From Ophelia neglecta (lineage: Eukaryota): a DNA stretch of 64,000 bases. How positions within the stretch are numbered: the first letter of the stretch is position 1; the number at the start of each line of letters is the position of its first letter. The notes below the pieces were generated by a model. The model did not search any database and was not told the DNA's origin. It was given only the letters and a program-made list of their open reading frames with translations. Below, piece by piece: positions 37,230 to 49,600 of the stretch. The translations under genes and the position numbers were made by a program. The stretch covers positions 66,216,001 to 66,280,000 of the forward strand of contig OZ260663.1 in NCBI GenBank assembly GCA_965285935.1, read 5' to 3'.

Positions 37230-40200
37230 ATGGATTTCTTGCGTTTGACCATTCTTGTCCTGACGTCACTGTTCGCCATTTCAACTGAACCGGCCTCAGC
37301 CAGTGACTATTTTTGGCATATTACGGACTTCCATTATGATCCCGACTATTGGACCAATCAGGAATCGTGCAACGAAGAAATCCCGCCCTCGGAGCAAGGC
37401 CGCTATGGGAATTACATGTGTGATGCCCCCTGGGAGCTCGTGAAGTCATCAGTACAATCGATTTACCCCCAAGGAAATTCACCGCAGTTCTTAATCTGGA
37501 CTGGGTCTGTATCATCATTATAGATTAATTAATCTTAATGTAATTTTCAATCGATTCATATTAATCAAACATTTCACTTTAAATAACCAATCAATGACTT
37601 GAGTATTTTGATTTTTACGGCAATGAAACATATTTTAAACAAAAATTCAAATTTACAGATATTGTGAGAGATTAGCCTCCGAAATTCCGCTTAATTATCG
37701 AGTTTTGTAATATGCCCATCTGCGAACCATGGACCACGGTAACAATCCAAAAATGAAGACTTCGGAGTTCACATGTATACAGTCCGGAGACCAGCTAAAT
37801 TCAGACTAAATTGCCCGGTTGTCTAATCGCACGTGTCGCGAAATTATACCGTGCACCAAGTCTGCTCATTTTATACTACATTCCTTTGCTAAACCAATTA
37901 ATTTGGAACGTTGGATTATTGCCATAAGTACGGCTCTCAGGGTATCGAAGTAATTGAACTACAAAAACAAACAAAATGAACACTTGCTCAGTTGCCTGCT
38001 CTTGTTTCAGTGATAGCTCTCCACACCCGAAGAATGAATCCAGCATGTCGACCGAGCGGGTGATTGAGATACTAGCGAACAGCACCAACCTGATCAAAGA
38101 CACTTTCCAGAACGTGCCTGTCTTTGTCACACTCGGAAACCACGACTACTACCCCTCCAGTCAGATGCCTGGAGAACAAAATGAGGTATACACTGCCGCA
38201 GCAGAGATGTGGAAAGATTGGATTGACACGGAAGAAGCTCAAAGCACGTTCCGGAAGGGTAAGACCTGCTTTCCATCATACACCAAAAAACACAGAAGAA
38301 ACTCGTCAGTTCTTATATATTCCATATTTTGCTCCTACAAAACTTTACATGTAATGATCATGATCATGATCAGTCTTAATGTAGTTTCAAAAAGGTTTAT
38401 CTACAGGCTTGTGAAATTTTTCAATCAATTATTCTTTATAATTATTTACGGGATATTTTTACTCCTGATATTGAACTATCTGTACAATTTGGCAAGGACT
38501 TTACGTTCAGCTGGGAGACTATTAGGGGTCCTAAATTCCATGCGAACATGACCACGGAAAAAAACCGACTTCACTTAGTCTTGTAAAGCGTTGATTTCAG
38601 TGGCAATTAATAGAAAAAGGCCCTTCAATATCCCGTGAGGTAGCGTATTCATTACAAATATTGCTGTCAGGTATGAGGTGGGTTCTATACCAGCTTTATA
38701 ACACATTAGATTAAATGTTCGATGAATAGAAAAGAGAAATAATTGAATTCTCCTGTTTGGATTCTAGCCTCAAAAGACCTAAGTGAATCGATGAAATAAA
38801 CCCTCGCACTTCTGCCAGAACATAAGACAACATTAACCAATGAAAGTCAAATAAATTTACTCAGCACACAGGTTCTGGGATATCTTGGGTGGTTACCAAA
38901 GTGGACACGGGTGGTGAAACCGTAAAACTGAGCTAATGCGGACCCGGGGTGAAAGTTTGCAAACTACAATTTACTTTTTCTAGTCTACCAGTAGATATAC
39001 TTTATTTTATTATTTACACACGTTTTGTATTTACTAGGTGGGTATTACACGAAGATGATGCCTAGTCGGTCGACGACGCCTCTCCGTGCCGTTATTGCCA
39101 ACACCAATCTATATTATAATGATAACAAGGTGACCGAGACACAGACAGACCCTGGTGGCCAATACCAATGGCTTGAAGAAGTCTTCACCAACGCTACTCG
39201 ACACGGCGAAAAGGTGATAAACCTATTAATCTTAGCGCGTATTTTTTGTCCATAATGACAAAAACTTGTTATTTAAATTTAATGCATATACCGTTAATTT
39301 TATTCAAGTAACCATTAATTCTATATTTTCGGGAGAGGGGTGAGTGGTAGGGCGCAGGGTGGGTATGTGTGGACGTAAATAAACATAACACAATGAATGA
39401 AGTTCCGATGAGCGCCCAACAATCTCATGACTCATGACCCTAGGCCTACTGACAACCATCCCACTCCGCTTTTATCGTCGAGGGGAGGGAGGGAAGTAAG
39501 GAATATAAGAAGGATTTAATATAATGTACGCTGCAACCAATGGTACAGAATTATATTTATATTTTATGGATAAAAACAAAACAACAGTACCCTTTTGTTG
39601 GTTAACTACCCATTTCCGGTTTTATGCAAATACTTTTGTGCTAACTTGCATGTTAGTCACGTCCCCTCATTTCCACAAACACTTCAGGAGCAACTCGTGA
39701 TCGGGGTTAACATATTAAAGAAAGAAAAAACAAAGCTGCGTAAGTGTTTGCATACTTTAAAATGCCTACAATACAATTATTAATTTTCGGTGACTCATTA
39801 TAGGTGCACTTGATAACCCACATTCCGACTGGGGTTCTTGAACTACCAGGGCAAGCAAAGTGGATTAGGGCTGCCGACAATAAGAGGTTTAATGACATCA
39901 TCATCAAATACGCTAATGTCATCGTGGGTATATATTCAAGCCATCAGCATTTCGACTCATTTAGGCTCTTCTACGACAATGACGGTAAATATTTATCATT
40001 ATTTTTATTTTTATTATTTTAACTATTATTACTATTATTACTATTATTACTATTATTAGTGTAATAATTATCATTGTTGTTACACAAGTAAAAATATTAT
40101 CAATATTGATATTATAACACCAGGTGCAATATTTTCCATAATATTATTATAGGCTAAAGGCCAGTGACACTATCGTCTGCCGATAGTACTTATATTAATA

Positions 40201-40847
40201 ACCATGTCAAGCTTGAGGTGAATTTTTGTTAGGCGAATTTTGATGCTTCTGGGATGGTTAATGTTTTATTTATTGTTTATGGCCATGCAGGTAAAGCCGT
40301 ATCTTCGATGTTTATTGTGCCGTCCGTGACCCCGTGGAGAGCACGTCTGGGCAATGGGATTCAGGCCAAGGCGCACAATCCTGGCGTCAGAAAGGTCTAT
40401 TACGACACCTTCTCTCTCCATCTCATGGATTACGAGCAGTACTGGCTCGATCTGCCCAAAGCGAACAGGGATGGCATTGCCCAATGGAAGAAATTATACA
40501 GTTTTAGAGCGGCTTACGGCACTGAAAACATCACCACCGCCGCCCTGCAGGAGGTACTGACAGAATTCAAACACTATGCCAGTGAAACCTTCCATACATA
40601 TTTCCAATTCAATTCAGTGAATTTGGATCCACTCCACAGTTCTAACCTGCCATGCAGTTGTAAATGTAAAGATGAACACTTATGTGCCATAGAGTTTGTT
40701 TACTTTGATGAATATGCAGCCTGCTTGGATAAAAGTGATTGCTCCACGGCAGGTGGCAACTCAATATTTATCTCTCGACATTGGCTTCTGTCCACATCTG
40801 TTGTTCTCATTGTCCTTAACATTTTTTCAACCATTATTATAATATAA
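37230..40847 (+). CDS. SMPDL3B: Acid sphingomyelinase-like phosphodiesterase (SMPDL3A/B family), complete, 478 aa, signal peptide and C-terminal GPI-type signal
   Basis: Exons 37230-37504, 38011-38258, 39038-39213, 39804-39984, 40291-40847 (1437 nt). Metallophosphoesterase motifs FWHITDFHYD, CDAPW, IWTGDSSPH, LGNHDYYP, DPGGQYQWLE, THIPTG, SHQHFDSF, PSVTPW, NPGVR. Both termini are hydrophobic. The symbol indicates family only; orthology was not tested. Confidence 0.93.
40020..40058. repeat. (TAT/TAC)n microsatellite in an SMPDL3 intron
   Basis: tattattactattattactattattactattatta. Confidence 0.9.
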
Positions 40848-43622
40848 AATTTATTCTTTTGTCCTGTATGCGCATGGATATCATGGTTATTATCATATTT
40901 GAACGTACAGTTATAATTTTACCTTCATCCGGACGCAGACAGATCGCACACAGATCGCTCATTGTGTCAGATCGGATCAATTATACGTCCGTCTGTTTTT
41001 TTTTATACAAAAGAGCCTACAGTTATTAAGGACAAGTTTGGGCACTACATATCTTTTATTCATATATCATCCCGGTCCACATCTCGGCATTTTCCTTCCT
41101 TGCCATCAATTTTTCCTTAAGCAATTGCGTCGAATATGAAAGTGCGTCGTATCGGAAAGTTTTTATCATCCAAAAATATAAATCGAAACATACCCCAGAA
41201 TATACAATGACATTCCCAAGTAAACCCAACGACTGCTTCACCATATTATAAGAAAAGCGCCTAATACAGGTTTTAACTACCTAGACCGGAAATAACCAAA
41301 TGTTGAGCCCTTTCACTCAGGTTTTTTAATTTCAAAAAAACTCATATGGAGTTTCTATGAAACACCTATTGCCTATTTTTTCTTAGTCCATTTCCTGACA
41401 GTTTCGGGTAAGAGAAAAAAGTGTAAACCGTCTTGAATGGCCATCGTAAATCATCCCTTTGGACACTATGACAAAATCCGCCCTATTGAAGGTTGAATCT
41501 GTGTAAGTTTTTAAAAATGCATCTAAAGAAACCCGATAACATATCATTCATCATGACAATAATTGTACATAGAATATATTAATTATGAACTTTTTTATTG
41601 TAGATGTAAGCATAGTATTATGGTAAATACTTGATAAAACTTTTTATATTTTTTAATAGGAGTTTAGACAATAAAAGTATGCCCATGGCCAGTGGATGCA
41701 TTTAATTGAAGCGCGATGTAAAAAGATGCACATAATTTATGGGCTGTAGTAAAAGATTACCTAAGCGTACCCACAGCATATGGCATTGTAAACATACGAA
41801 ATTGTCAAATTTAAAATGTAATGACCCAAGCCCGAATTCATGATACCCAACTTCTGACGTACGTTTGTTGGCATTGTCGATCGGTAATAGGCAAAAATAA
41901 GCAACAAAAGAAAACATTACACTGTGTAATATTAAGCACTTTGCATGTTATGCTTTGAAAGCCTTACGGCTTTTAGGTTTTTATTGTTAAGCATATTTTA
42001 CATTTTCTTCTTCGAGATAAAGATCCGAGATAGAAAACTGCTGTTATCCTGATGTACATTTTTCCCTTTTCAAAGGCCTCCATGCAGTTCAGTTAATGTG
42101 TTTGTTGGTGGAAAAGTCGACCTCATAAACCTATCTTAAAATGCTCATGTTTTCTTACGGTTGTTTGGCAAGAACACAGGGTAAACTGATTGATTAAACT
42201 TAGACTAGGGGACTTCTTTGTGTGATCACTCCCATAAACATGTATGTACCGTCATCTTATGAAGGAAAACCAATAAAAATGTTTTGCTCTGATGGCCACA
42301 ATTATCGTCCGCGATAATTTACATTTGATATGGTAAGAGTCTTTATTTCATTCGTCATCTAGACTATAAGGAGTGAGTTATCATGGAACATGTCCAAAAA
42401 AATAAAGTCAAGCTTATTAAAAGTGCAAACAGGTGAAGAAGGAAACAAATAAGTCCTATGTTCACAGGCCTGTGACTCCTGCCTGAACGGCAGTTGCTCC
42501 ATGTAACACTAGATCGACATAATACTACTCGTGACCACATATCTGACCCAATTCTGACTCCATGGTCAATTCTCAGCCGCCAATCGAACTTTAAACCGAT
42601 ATAATCCTACTAAATTCACGTTAATTGGCCATAAACTCTTTCTTTGAAGTTAATGGGTTTCCGTTTTTTTTTTAATTTTAGGTGGTGAGGTTTTCATTTT
42701 TATCGGTTTTCGGTCATGGGCATGTCCCCTAGCGGGGAGACACCTTAAATTTGTTTTGTTATATTCTTAAGCAAGTATTTTGTTACAGATTCTATAATAT
42801 AAAAATGCCAACAAGGGCTTGTCGTTTCTTTTCAGAGTATTTGTGTAAATCGTGCCTTTTTCTTATGTTTATACGCATCCTACGCAACGAGTGTGAAATA
42901 ACGACGTCATGATAAACTGTTATAATGCATATTGTATTGATGATAATTAACAGAGAAAAGAAATAATGATAAACGTGTTGTGTCCAAACCCGAGGCTAGA
43001 CAGGAGAAGCTGTCTTTAGCGGCACTTGATACAATATATATGTGGCAATATATATGACAACTGTCACATTTCTGTCGTACAATTTTACGTGCTTTCATAA
43101 ACACCCGGGTAGCAAAAAGTGAAGTATATGCGGTTGTTTTTATATATGGTGGTGTTGAAGAAATGCGTATACCGTTAAAGCTAAATGGTCATCAAAGGGT
43201 AATTTTTCAACCAATTGATACTTACACGGATATTTGCCTTCGAAATGATATATACCTTGATACTGAACTAATGTTTTGAATATGAGTAACAAATAAGGAC
43301 TAAACGTTATAAATGGCAGCATAATATGTTAAACCTAAGCGCTTTGGAAGCCAATAACGCGGCGAAAGTATTAAAGCGGTATTATACGAGTAATAAATAA
43401 TAAACCTGTAAAAAAGCCGTACATTCCGTGTCTCAAAATGCCATATAGGTTCTACTTTTCCTTATGGCATATCAAAAAAAAATATATAGGCCTACTGCAA
43501 TATCCAGAAAACAGAAGTAGATGGCTCAACGTTGATCCCACTCACGCGCAGGGATATAAAATGTCCAATGTGAATGAATCACATGGCAGTGTTACTTAGT
43601 CGAACAGACCCGTTCATATCTT

Positions 43623-46600
43623 CTAGAAGGCTTGTGAGTTGCCTGTATTTCTTTGCTTTTCACTGCCATCTACATCGCCTTCCGTTGGATCGACAATGCT
43701 GTGTGAGGTCGCTTTCCCGTCATATGAGGTCTCATCACTGCTTCCCGTCAAGTTCTCCTCATTCGCAGGCTCCCCAGAGTCAGCGCTCATGTCCTCGTCC
43801 CCGGATACCGGTTTCTCCCCCGCAGAGTCGTGATAGCCACCGACGTCCCCCTCCTGGGCCGCATCTGGCAGCGGCGTATTAGGCAGGTCAATCTCTGACT
43901 CGGATCTGCCCATACTGCTCACTGCACGATCGATCAACAACTCCTGCACTCTAAAATAGCATAATGGTATTTTATCGTCCTCATAACGTTGTGATATTGG
44001 GTCACCTATTCCCAAAGAGTTTAAGCAAGTACAATTTCAAGTATTTTTATACATTTCATACACACTATACGGTTAGTTTTATTTATAAATTACATACATT
44101 GCCTTTTCATCGTCTCCTTTCTGTACATCAGTCTCCGATTTGAAGAGGTCCACTGGGGTACCAGACCTGGCAGCTATCATAAGATCCTCTTCACTATTTG
44201 ACACTCGATATGGACTAAAAATTACAAAAACCAACCACAGTGTAACTTCCGAAGCTTTCATTTTTTGTGTACTTCTAACATTTTGAAACTTACGTGCGCA
44301 TTCATTTCAAATGAATCTGCTTTCATTGACGGCGATTTCTTTCTGCCGTTGTTCAGCAGACACGGACATCCGATTAACGTGTCAGAAATTTTTATTCATT
44401 AAAGATTTATATTAATGCAAACTGGGTTTGGAAACTTATAAATAATATACAACAAATTTAAAAAGGCGGCTTTTACATATTTACTTCTGAAGAGTATAAA
44501 TCAGCCCAACTTCTTCATACCACATTTATTGCAGCCGAAACAAAATGTGGCTTTCAATGTTGATAAAATAAGATGTGCCAAATAAACTCCATGCGAACAA
44601 TAGCCATAACTATGGCCGTTACAGTTTTCAAAAGCGAAAAATTCCGGCTTTTATATAGTTATTCCTGCTGAATATGACAGAATGAAGTAGGGCAGAAGAC
44701 ATTTTTCGATATCGATTTAAGATAAATCACATGTAATGTCACTTTGGGATGCATCATATAAATATACATTGATTTCCAATAAATTTATATCCGATAATAT
44801 ATATATTTGGAAAGCTCATTGCCCGATTACCAGAATAAACCCATTCAAACGCCTGGGGTAGGGAGTGTTAATATACTTACTTCCTGAGTAGGTAGAAGAC
44901 AGCCAGAGCAAGCAGGAGAAGAACAAGCATTGAGAAGAAGACAGCGAGTGTGTAGGTTATTAGGGCTGTGTGGTCCACCGGGGCAGCAGTAGGGGTAACA
45001 ATTGAGATGGCGTCCTCATTGTAAGATTTTGTCATCGTGTATCTTACCCATTCCGGGTCAGGAGACGTCCCTGGTGACGGACCGACCAACTGCAACCAAA
45101 GAGGTAATTGTGTGGCTGTGTGTTATTTCAAAATGTCCTAAGGAATTCTTCTTCCGATGAATGTAAGGAATATAGGACTAGATATTTTCTTTTGTGACTT
45201 TGTGCCATTTGGAATACTTCTCCCAATTAATGTTGGAAATATTATTAAGGCTAGTTATCCCATAAAGAGGATGTAATACATTGTTATGACAGGGAACCAT
45301 ATTCAATACAAATCACTCATTTGACGGGTAAATTTAGAATAACTGGAAGGTAAAGAAATTTTATGGCATACTCTTTTAATTTCACTATTTGCTGCTGAGT
45401 TGTTTAACGCCTCTATAATAAGCTCCGGTTGAACGTTGTACTTATCGTCTACATTCCTCTTTTGCCGTCCAGACTTGATGTTCGAATTCGGGTTCAGCAA
45501 CAATCCACAAAGTGCGTTATTTTTAAGCACATCCATATAAACCAAAACCCTGGAAAAACAACTTTCAATTCCAGATTTCGTCCGTTTAAAGAAACGACTT
45601 GGTGGACAGCCTTTTAATTTCAAAAGACTCAATGCTCAATAATGCTATGAATGCAAGATTGTTCCCTGCCGTATCTAGGGGTAAATTTGAGGGAGGGGAA
45701 TCTGAACGCTTAGAACATTTACAATGCCCAATGAATTAAGCCCGACCCACAGCCGTAAATAAAACATACAGACCCCCGCTTCCCTCCCCCTCCCCCACTT
45801 CGTGAAAATCAAACGGATTACCCCTTATGTCAATAGTGAAGCCTGGTTCGTGTTATTTCGGATGTTTATCGCACTTTAAGGAAAGGTCTGATAATAATGT
45901 CAAGTGTGTTCCATTTGGAATGACGAAATTAAGTTATAAGGTAGGGCTTATCAATCCTGCTTAAATTACATTGTACTTGCTTTGATATTCACAAAATTTG
46001 ATAGGAAATGTTCCCAATTCACCCCTTGTTTGAATAAAAATATCGGAAGTATTATCCTACTGTGGTAATATTACTGCACATACAACGGCATTTAGTGATA
46101 CTGTACCTCGTGCCTTGTACAGGACCTTCCCGGGGGTATCCTCTCGCTAATCTGACGTCCGACCGACCACCCTGACAGAAAGGCCGACGGAATAATGCCT
46201 CATCGTCACTGAAGATGTCAATAAACCTCTAGTCGATTACAATGTTAAATGCTGAATAAAAAAATGGTGAGTTATCGGGGAAATATTCAAAGATCGATAA
46301 GGTTTGGAGGCGGCTCACTCACGTCTCTGGCTCCTTAAAGCAACACTTCTTGTAATTTCCATGGTTTTTAGCGCAAAAGGTGTTCATTACTTTGCACATC
46401 GCTTCAAAGAAAGGAGTTTCAGCATTTTCCCACTGAAAAAAACACAACATATAATAATAAGCGGGATTGATGTCCCGGTCCGTGGTAAAAATATATTTGT
46501 TTGATTGAGTCCATCTTTATTAGAAAAGAACACACAGGTATTTCTAGCAACCACTAGCTAATGGTAAGAGGCGAAACTCACCCAAGGAACCTGAAGTAGA

Positions 46601-49600
46601 TCCATGTCAAAAAACACTCCTCTCTTTGCTTCATCGTTGGTTGCTATGACAAAAGAGCATAGTCAATTATATGTGTATATAGCTCTGCAATAATGGGGAT
46701 TTTTTCATATCATTTTTGCACAACCTTTAACTTGAACTCATTAGTTAGTGTACTAACCCCTGCATTCCTCAGTGTGGTACTGACACATAGCGTGCTCCGT
46801 GTTTTCCCCGGCACACTGCCGCCCCTTAGTAGACAAGGGTGAGTCACATGACCTGTGACGTGTTCGCCGACCATGACAGTTCCTGGAACAGGACGTCCAT
46901 ATGGTCCATGTCCCCCAATTGCCATCAGATTCTGTTCAAGAAGTGTAGATATGTAATTATACAGGTGTGTAGTGTCTACACTCTGTATAGGATGTACTTA
47001 CATCTTGTTGTCGTTGCACGATTTGTGACATATCGAGTTATTTAAATGTCAAGATAATTATTCGTTTAAATCTGGCTGACACATTTTGTTGGCATTGAAT
47101 GACATGCGTACGGATTTTATCTTGTTTAAAATATTGACCAATACGCTGACCTATTGAACAAAATAATGCTTTCCCATACATTGTAACCTAATTCATTACC
47201 AAAAAGGAACGTGAGTGTGATATTTTTTACAAGATAAGCACCCTGAGCAACTCGACTACCCACCGACAACCACATAATATAACAATGCGACGCTTCAAAA
47301 AAAATCTCTCAATGAATCGATAGGTCACTTAAAGATGCCTAACTTGGCACTGATGAAAGTCTTTAAATATATTGGTATGATTAGTGTTTTATTAAAATCG
47401 TTATAAATGGGTTGGATAAACCAGGCTGCTCGATGAATCATTCGAAATGGCTTATACGTTGCACTGTTCTCGACCAGCAGCTTAGTGTTTTTTTTTATAA
47501 AATCAAAAAAGTTTGAAACGTTTCTTAATGGCAAGGCAAATTAATGTAAGAAATTATTTAACAAATGTAAAATGTTAATTTTACTTCTATTCGACAAATG
47601 TGCATTTCACATAATTATGAAATGGATTATGAATATCAAAATCACACCATATTACTAGCTTCAGTTACCATCTTCTTAAAATCAAAGTTTAAAACAGTTA
47701 TAGTTACATACCAGAACAGGCGAGGCCATCTTTGTCCTGAATGTAATATCTATCACAGAGACAGTCATAGCCCCCTTCCGTGTTATTACACACACTGTGA
47801 TCACCACATTTATGCTGTAAAGCCACGTCAGGAGTTGTGCACTCATCAATATCTACATAATTTAGATAACTATTATAAGCACATGTTTCATACATGGGCT
47901 GACAAATACATATGGATTCAAGTGTCTTTGGTGTTGCTGCCCTCATTGATAATGCTACGAAGTGAATCTACACAAGCTAAAGGCAGCCTATGCCTATTCT
48001 ACTTCCGACAGCGGGCCACTTGGTCTCCAATCCTTTTTTCACAAGAAATGGCTTTATCGAGCTCGTCTGGTGTTTACAGAAGGCTCGTAAAAATGTCTTG
48101 TAGATAAAACAAGAGGGAAGGATATTGTCTAATGAGAGACCAGTGTTAAGGAGGCTTTGTCCTTCTAAGTCTATGAAAGCACAGGCATTTGGCAGAGATT
48201 TGAGGGGTTCCGTAGTTTCTTGATGTTTTGGAGGTGTTGCCCTCTTAGTCCATGAAAGCACAGACATTTGGCAAAGATATTTGAGGGGTGCTGTAGTTTC
48301 TGGACGTCAATTTTAGTATCAATGAGGGCAAATATGACAGTAACTGTTCGACGACGTTAGAGACTGGTCGATATTGAGGCTGCAATAGCTAAACTGACCA
48401 TAGCATTTGTTTCCTCTCGTCGTAAATCCTTTCCTGCAAGTACAGTAGTCGATTTCTTCTATCCGGACACATTCCTGCCAGCAGCTTTCCACGATCAGTG
48501 GGTCGTTACATGGTATCGCTACTGCAGAGCACATTCACAAGGTACATTGAAACAATTCAATATATAAATGTGGATTTCATTATTACAGAAATTTATCTTT
48601 CAGGCCAATCGTTACTTACTTTCGCAGGTTTTTCCCGTTGTAGGGTTGAGCCTGTACCCTCGAGGGCACATACACTTGTAGGCTCCAAGCGTATTCTCAC
48701 AGCCTAAACCACATTCGTTTAGCAAGGGGCTGCTACATTCATCAATGTCTGTGTAGAAAAGTATATGTTTCAAAACTCTGCCTTGAAACCTATGAAACAT
48801 ACTTTGTAGTGATATCAAATTAATCATTTAATTGTTAATTTTGCTACAAGCTAATTTTGATCAGCGGCTCAGTGTTTCTGATGACCGATTACCAGATTTC
48901 TGATTTCCGCTTTTGCCTTGTCTTACGGGTATTCTTTTTATTTCAATTCATTCGGTCGGTATGCAAATGGTTGCGTTTAACAAATGACTCACCTGTACAG
49001 TGGCCGAGAGCGTCCATTTTGTAGCCTTCTTTGCATTCACATATAAAGGAACCATTTGTGTTCCTACATCCCTGGCTATTGCCACACATGCTTCTAGCTG
49101 GGTCCAGGCATTCATTTATGTCTAAGACCAAGAGTAGAAGCACGTGATAATAAACCAACCCAATAATCATATTGCCTAGACGAATTTAGACATGACAATA
49201 TAATTATATACGTATGATTGGAACAACAACGCATAGTTGATTTAAAATAATTACCAATACAATTTCTCCCATCTCCTTGGAAACCGGGTTTGCATCGACA
49301 TAGGAATCCACCATCGAAGTTGATACACTCTCCCCACGTTGGGTGACACGACGGAATGCCCGAATCATCCTGGCATTCATCGATGTCTTAAAATTAAATA
49401 ATGTACTAGTCATCAAATATATATTTCAGATTACTTTTGGGAATTTTGGCTCTGATTGGCCAGCCGCCTGGGGTGTACAAGCCCGTATGACTTCGTGTTT
49501 TTGGCAAAGTAGTACATTTGATCATGCGCAATGAAACTTCATAGATTAGTTGCCCTAAGTATCCTAAACCATTACAATCAAAGTAGCAAGTCGCAAACAT

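Noticed and set aside
38259-38551. Hydrophobic C-terminal extension of ORF 37976..38551
   Set aside because: Read-through into the intron after the G|gtaag donor at 38258; SMPDL3 homology resumes at 39038.
44294-44342. Candidate extra cytoplasmic exon ([16 protein letters not shown]) of the EGF gene
   Set aside because: Its 49-nt length would shift the frame of exon 44098-44214, and the TM exon already splices in phase to that exon.
47598-48107. 169-aa plus-strand ORF
   Set aside because: Antisense to an EGF exon plus intron, with no recognisable motif; a shadow ORF, like many others at 43-64 kb.
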